A stretch of 64,000 bases of DNA from Eledone cirrhosa (taxonomy: Eukaryota), in the NCBI GenBank assembly GCA_964016885.1, contig OZ024742.1:273234001-273298000 (forward strand), read 5' to 3'. Below the pieces are notes generated by a model that was given only the letters and a program-made list of their open reading frames with translations, was not told where the DNA came from and made no database searches. A program made the translations under genes and the position numbers. This document shows, piece after piece, positions 56,378 through 64,000 of this stretch (its first letter is position 1; the number at the start of each line of letters is the position of its first letter).

Positions 56378-56642
56378 CTGACGGCTCACCTAACCGAGGT
56401 AACTGGTGATGCTTGTAAATGCTCTTGGCTGTTCCAGTGCATCAGCCTCATAACCCCATGTAACACTTCGAGCGTGTTGGCTTGCCACAAAAAAAATATT
56501 AGAGAGGTTTTCCTGTGCTCCTCGTGATATCGTTATCTTTTGTCATCTTTCGTTAGCCTTTTGTTGGATGTGGTGTTAGATGTGTGTATTACCAGCTTGC
56601 GTGTTTTCTTTTGCCTTTTGTTTGTAAAACAATAAAGTAAAA
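56378..56642 (+). mobile_element. CRE-clade LINE 3' fragment
   Basis: LTEVTGDACKCSWLFQCISLITPCNTSSVLAC is homologous to WLFQRISLTILSGNAFSI at ~18350. T-rich UTR with aataaa. Confidence 0.6.
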
Positions 56643-59600
56643 CTACATTTGTAACAATATTTACACAAGTGTGAATAAAATATTAATTGACAATATGCAT
56701 AGAAATTGTAATACACTTTCTTCTATAATCAGTAAAATAATGATATATTTGAAAAAGAGGATATTAGGTGGTGTTGGCCCTGATGGTTGTCGATGATGTT
56801 GATAGTAATTATACCTTTGATGGTAAATAAATGATGAAGATGAAAATGTTTATGACATAATATAAAAGACAGACGTCTTGATCTGTTCCTTCGAACATTA
56901 CACAAAAACGGAAAGTGACATTCGAAAAGTAAATACAGCAATAGAATACGTATACCGAAGAAGGTTTATTGATACTGATCGAAAAAAATAAAAATAAATA
57001 AAAATAATCAAAGAAAAACATCCCGGCTATGCTAATCAGCCTGACTGCTATTTCTAGCAGGTAAGGAATCAACCATAAGGGATTCTCTCTGCACATTCGT
57101 TGACAGTGACGATTGGTGGTTTACACACACGCATGCACATTTAACGGCATTACGGCGAAATGTTATATCAACGGTAACAGAAGTTGACATTTGAATGATT
57201 TAACAGAAGTGAATCATGAAATCTGCAATACCTTATATTTAAGATTTTGTTTAATGAAGAACTAAGGAAATTAGTGCATAAATTATATAGAATTCATCAT
57301 TTATTCAAAGTAATCCAAATTATTTTAATAACGTGGTGTAAAAATAGAATATGACAGTCTCACATTTCTCCACTAATATTATAGATACATGAAAACCGAG
57401 TCTCAGGCAGAATGGATATTTCTAACGTAATCATACTAACTGCTAACATGGATGAGCTGTTATTCAATATATCTTCGAAGTGGATGTTAACCTGCTAAGA
57501 GTATAACAATTTAGATTAGTTGCTCATAAACCGATATTAAAATAACTGCAGCTGATTTTGTTGCTGCAATTAAATAGAGTTACATCTAAGAATGTTACGT
57601 GCGTTACATTTTCCTCATATACCGATTAATATTCATCAAAGCTTTATTTAACATAATAGATATCTGCGGCAGATTTTGGTTCGAAATAGTACTCTTAACA
57701 GCGGATACAGATCTTAAAAATGTTGCAGTAGAAACTGTCTCAGCGAGTGATATGGAAGTCTTACATACTAGTTTATGTATAAAAATAATTCCATTGTAGA
57801 TCTAGATGGGAATAGTGAAGTGATAAATAATAAAAGAGTCAATTGCCCGATATATATTTTCCTTTGTGTCAATATTTTCATAGTTCATAATATATCTTGA
57901 AATTGAATGACTTCAATTTAGAATGTTGTAATCATTAATCATGTATTGAATGTAATAGATTGTTGTGTGGAATACGTGTTTTGATTCGTTGAGATCTTAA
58001 CAAAATTGTTGAAATGTCTAGAATATAGATATGTGATTTTCAATTTGTTTACGCTTGAGAATATTATAGGCAAATATCTGTCTGCAAATATAGTACATTA
58101 AAAAGAAAATCAATGATGAAGTGAATTCTAAATCCATGACATAATTGTAGCGAAAAAAAAAAAATTCCCCACGGGAATTCTCCGAAGGTTAAACCCACCA
58201 GGGCATTGACATATGACCTTGAAGATTTAAAGTAGGCATATTGAAGACCCACGGCGCCGAAATTTGACAGCAAAGTAGGAACAATTTCTAGAAAATATTT
58301 CTCTGCCATAGTCAACGATCGTATTTACAATTCGAAGACATATTTTTACTTTGAGGTGAAGTAAAGCTATATATTCAACCAAATATCTTATCCGTCGTGT
58401 GCGCCACTTCTACAACGAATAGTGATTCATCTCCAGATCACGACACTATTTAAATAAATATGACCGGACATAGATATTCAAATCAAAGTGAATGGGAATT
58501 TGATATACGTACGAGGATATGATTTGGCATGTAATAACCAGTGTGAATATATAATTTATTGTATATGTAGTGGTAATTTCTGATGCGGACTGATAATGAA
58601 ATGGAAATTGAGGTGACGTATATAACAGAATGGATAAACGGTTTGTACACGACATATCATTGATACAATTTGATGCAGCACACACTAAATAAAAAATGTT
58701 GAATTCACATTTCCATAGCACATTTGACAAAAGGATTTTAATAATCAAAACAAAGGTCTCACAAACGTATGTAAACCACTGTCATCATTGGAAGCATACT
58801 ACAAAAAATAAAATCTACGATAAAGATTTATATACATTCCGGTGTAATAAGACTTTAGTCTGAACTCCATATTTAGATAAGCATGGATAAGTAGTGAACA
58901 TTATGTTTGGTATTGACACTTTGAGGTGGTTATGCAGGATACAATTTGCCGTAATAAGGGATCACATAATGAGGAAGCGGTATCACGTAAGCAGCACTGT
59001 TATATTACTCGTGCTAAATTTATCACCGGTAAGTTAACGGAAGGTCAATACGATATTAATCTCTGCATATTTATGTAAAAATAAAATGAGAGCTAACACA
59101 TTTAAGATTTGACAAGATATAGATATGTGTAATGTGTAGGGTTGTTTGATCACTTCATATGATTAAGAATGTTCTATTTAATTTCATTGTCTTTTTTACT
59201 TGTTCCATATAAAGAAGGAAAGAAATATAATACATTATATCGCTTCCGCTTTTGTTATTTATTCTCTCTCGTTTCATAAATATTACGTCATAAACTCAAT
59301 CACAGAAACACACGCACACACATAAGTATACATGTATATCTGTCCACATTTAAGTGACTTTAAAACGCTTTCTGACGTAACTCACAAGCGATATTCTCTT
59401 AACTTTTCACAGGAATTCTCTGCCACGTATTTATCGGGATATCGCATAATGCTAATTCAACAATATAACCGATAAGGTAATTTATATTTGTTCGTGGGTC
59501 TATGAATGATATTGTCTGAATATGCTAGTTTGCTATTACATATATATATATATATATATATACACGCGTGCGTGCGCGTTTGTATTTATACAATATTTTA

Positions 59601-60251
59601 ATTTGGAATATTTAGTGGTTGCGTTAACAGTGTTATAAATCAGTTGATTCAGAGAAGACCCATCCTCTATGAGACATTGTTAACATACTGTTATTTCAAA
59701 CCCCACTTGACAGAAGATTTGCCTGAGATTCAGACAAGCGGAAAATAAAATGTATTTTGCCACATGTCAGGTGAATATAAAATATAGAATACATGTGGGA
59801 TATGCGGACAATTTAATCGTTAAGTGTTTGTTATATTGATTTCTTAAACAGGCATCGAACCGTGTCCTCGATAATGCAAAAGGCACATTGAAAAATTTAT
59901 ATTTTTGCTAGACATCACGGAGGCAGCATGAAGCGGTTTCTAATGAGGATTTAAAGCATCAAAAAACTTCTGTAAGCTGAATACACATGTGCTTCACATA
60001 ACTTTGGTTATTTACGCCGAGTTTAATTCAAATCAATCTATCGATTTTGGTGATAAGTTTAACGCCAATTCGTCGTATTGTATTGGTTCCAGATAGTTGA
60101 GAGGGGTCTTCCCACGATAATATGTTCGATTTATGATATTCTCATTAATATAATATACTTATAGGTAACTGAAGCGGATAAGAATGTTGATACCTTTCTG
60201 AAAAAGTACTACGTTTTCAAATATGTAGTATCTCTAATATAGATAAGATAA

Positions 60252-60895
60252 TTGTTTCTACTTTTGGCACAAGGCCAGCAATTACCCAGTACATTATTGG
60301 TACTTTATTTTATCGATCCTGTAAGGATGAAAGGCAAGGTAACTTCGGCGGGATTTGAACTTAGACCGTAAAGGGACGTAACTATGCTCGAAAGCATGGC
60401 GTCCAACGCTCTACCGATGCTGCCAATTCACCGCCAATTCACCGCCCAATATCATACATAATATAATGTTTCCTATTTTTGGTATACGGACAGCAATTTG
60501 GGCGCTGGGGAAGGCGATTATTTCAATCTCAGTATTTGTCATGTGCTTTATTTTATCGGCCACCAAAAGTTAAAATGCTAATTTGATTTCGGTGGGATTG
60601 AAACAAAAACGCATATTGACGTAACCAAATATTGTAATACAATTCATTCGACGCATTAACGATTCTGACAATCAACCGTCCAAACGTAAGAGATAATATA
60701 ATGGTTTTTGATATAAACACAAGGCCAGTAATTTTGGGGGTAGAGGGGAATGTCGTTTAAATTTACCTCTGTGCGAGACTGGTACTTTAATTGATGACGC
60801 TACCAATGGTGGCATTTGAATGCATTATGTAAAGGGCCGTAACTTTATGCCACAAAGCATATTGTCTGACGCTCATCAGATACTGCCAATACACA
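60252..60895 (-). mobile_element. Three head-to-tail SINE copies (60252-60446, ~60466-60680, ~60705-60895)
   Basis: Each has a ttgg..caaggccagcaat-like tail, tggtactttat and ggatttgaa (B-box reverse complement). Divergence differs between copies. Confidence 0.75.
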
Positions 60896-61371
60896 GTCCT
60901 TCATCAGATAACATAATAAAAGGCCAAATTTTGTGAAAATGGCAGTCAAACAATATAATCATGCTAATTTTTTCAAATTTTTTCAAATCCATCAATGACG
61001 ATCATAATATTTGCGATACATAGTAAAGGTTGTAATACGTACTAATAATATATCATCTACAGTCCTCCAGGTAATCCAGTGAGATGCAGCAGTAAAATGG
61101 TGTATACGATTTTATGCCTGAACCTACCATAGTGCAATAAAGACATGGAAGTATTAAGAAATGGTATTAAACACGTGACAAACTGTCTTTTCTCTCTTAA
61201 TGAAAGCTTTACAACCATATACACCATTTGATGAAAATGTACGGCATAGGAAATTTAGATTTAGCTTCAATGGATTTGAACAGTTCCTGCCAAATTAATT
61301 CAATTGGCATTATTTGGTTGACAATATACTATTTTAGTGAAGTTATCTTACCGAAGGTGGCACAATGTGAT

Positions 61372-63676
61372 TCTTATAATGATGTTTTACACCTGTTAGT
61401 ATATCTGTACGAACGAAGGTAAAACCAATGTATTAATCGGACGTAATTTCTAACTACAATGGGATTCCATATACACAGTCTACTGACAGTTCACTTCAGT
61501 TATTATTTATAAACATTTCGCCTAGTCCACTTTTCAAAAAGGGAAGTGAGTTAAATGTGTACAAAACTGTATACGTATTTATTGTCAACAACTTTGTGCA
61601 TTCGTATTTAATTTTTATTTGTAGGTAAGCTTCAGAAAGGTCTAATTTTGAGAAAGATTTCCCACCGTTTAGTCTCGAAACAATTTCCTCAGGACTTGGC
61701 AATAGGAAGTTGTGTCTTGTTAAACCTTGTTTAGTCTTGTTGAAAAGTCTGCGCATACACGCTTGTGTTGTTCTTTTGACATACACCGTTGGAACCGCCC
61801 ACTCTGCGTGGTCAATCTTTTCAATCATTCCCATTTTTCCAGTCTATTTAATTCTTTGTTGGCTCGATTTAATACAGCAAACGGTACATTATGTTTGGAT
61901 TTAAATACAGGTGTCACACTTTCCTATACTTGGAATTTAGCTTTAGTTTTATTACAGCGACTTTACTCATCCGAAAAGACATTGGGGAACCATCTTTTCA
62001 ATTTTTTAAAATGTTCTCTTTGTTTGAAGTGGCGGACGACCCAATTACATTTATACAAAAAGTATTTATGTGTAAATCCCATAAGTCGAACAGCTCCATA
62101 CACTCGGTACCGAAAATATTTGTTGTATTTCTGAATACATAAGCTTTAGCTTTTACTCATTCCTCGAAATGTAACGTTACTTACTATTCGCTTTTAAAAA
62201 AAGAACCCTTTCCTGAAATGCTAAGTGCAATCTTCGAGGTTTTATTTAATGTAAGTTTCCCGGTTCCTTTCCATGAATCTTCATTGATTATAGTAATGTC
62301 GCTACCTGTATTTAACTGCAATTTAACATTCACATTGTTATTGTTTACATACAGAAATTTCCTTTGAGTCACCTTATTGTTGTATGTTTTTTTTCGCTGA
62401 TAATGTGTTTACATAATTTTTCCTGTTGAACCTTTTTCTTGGTTTTGCTTTGAAGTGTGGTATTTTATGTCATATCCTCCCACACTCGAGGGTCTTTAAA
62501 TATTTGAATGGACAATCGTATCTGAAGTGCAATCCTCCACATTAAAAACATGGATTATTATTTTTTTTGTTTTCAGTTTTTTACATTAGGTCGCACAGAC
62601 TCTATATAACAGCGGTGTCTCTCTTTGATTCTTTCTGTATCGTGTCTCAGATTTATATTTCATTATCAATTCTATTAACTGTTTTTGTTGCAACTTGGGC
62701 TAGTAAATCTTCCGTTTAAGAAGTTTCTTTTGTTTTTTTGTTTTTTTTCAAAAAAGTTCTTAAACGTATGCTTTGGATAACTCGTCGCTACTGTTACGAT
62801 GGAGTGTTATACCTGTTATTATATCTGTACGAACGAAGGTATAACGAAAGTAGTTTCACCAAACATAATTAAGAACTACGACCGTTATAACTACAGTCAG
62901 ACTCCGTAAACACGGTCTACTGGCAGTTCGCTTCAGTTACTATTTATAGATATTTTGCCTAGTGCACTTTTAATCACGCAAAAGTGTTCAGAGTTTTTCT
63001 ATACAAAAGTGATCAAATCGCAAACTACATTGATGTGGAGCAAATTGCTCACAACCCGGTCACAAATGTTTTCAATTTATTGTCTCAATGTATTTATCTA
63101 CACTCAAGTGTAGTATATAATTTTTTACAGCACGTCTATAATCGTTTCTTACCTAGATTTTCTCTTTCTGTAATATGATTGGTTGAATTATTTTAGTTTT
63201 GACTTTTTATGTTTGTATTCACCTGTGTATGGCCTAAAATTGAAACTACATCTTTGCTGGCATGACTTTGGTGTGAGGAAGTTCAGCTTACAATATATGA
63301 TTTGCAGATCGACCCCATTCTGTAATATTTGGCATCTGAAATATACCACATTTTCTAGTCGGTTGAAGATAACATGTGTTAATAGACGGCTACCTAAAAA
63401 ACTGGGCCGTTTCCCGTTACGGGGTTGTTGATTTAATACAACCCTTCGTTTACGACTACGAGATTTTACCAGTGTCCATGGAGGTACAATTGAACGTTAC
63501 AGGTCATCATAGAATGATATAGGGTTCTGCCTTTCATCGTCTCATGGATTAATTTAAAGTACAGGATATTTATATCTATCTATATCAGGTTATAATCAAA
63601 TCATCAATTTAAAGGAATACATCTAGTTATACTTACGAGAAAACCAGAAACAGGTAAAAATTATTGTTTTATAACA
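61372..63676 (-). mobile_element. Internally deleted Ty3/Gypsy LTR retrotransposon
   Basis: 5' LTR at 62792-63676 (tgttac...tataaca), followed on the minus strand by a PBS-like tagcgacgag. Partial 3' LTR at 61372-61535. TSD tgat/cgat. Protease LNTGSDITII; RT WAVPTVYV, LPSPEEI and FSKLDLSEAYLQI. Confidence 0.85.
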
Positions 63677-64000
63677 CGATACTCATAAACTAACCTAGAC
63701 AAATGTCATTAAAAACGCTGTAACTGTGTTTGCAACTGGAATGTATTTATGTAAAAGTTTTGTCCCTTGTTTAAAATTGCTCATCAATTAAATCTCCCTT
63801 TTCAATAACATTGGTGAGGGGTTTGAAATAATATACTACCGGCCTATTATAATGATTCATTTAGTATATGAAATGGAAATGTAAGTGATGGGCTCGTGAG
63901 ATGTCTACCAAATGGTTCGGCTTCCTATGGTTTCTATAAGGTTGTATGATCTACATCGGGGTAATGACTCAGCAGAAATGGTTATTTTTAGTATATCCCA

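Overview
Eukaryotic, AT-rich, repeat-saturated DNA with no recognisable host gene. The tRNA-derived SINE family and the very long (TA)n tracts suggest a cephalopod (octopus-like) genome; this is inference. Nearly all coding potential is degenerate mobile elements. There are at least 7 Penelope-like retroelement (PLE) bodies or fragments (Naiad-like, Neptune-like and one other lineage), a CRE-clade RLE LINE, RTE fragments, a near-complete Tx1/L1-clade LINE sitting in a (GATA)n repeat, a full-length decayed AcademX DNA transposon with TIRs and a 3-bp TSD, an internally deleted Gypsy LTR element, and SINEs. The most notable hidden layer is RNA-structural. About 17 type-I hammerhead ribozyme (HHR) motifs from several unrelated PLE families can be read by eye. 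Two have fully canonical cores and several carry recurrent non-canonical cores (CAGAWGA, CCGAYGA). They include two ORF-less 0.7-0.9 kb units bounded by outward-facing inverted HHR-bearing repeats. A near-perfect 615-bp x 6.9 tandem array sits inside a (TA)n tract. All structures were folded by hand and no searches were run.
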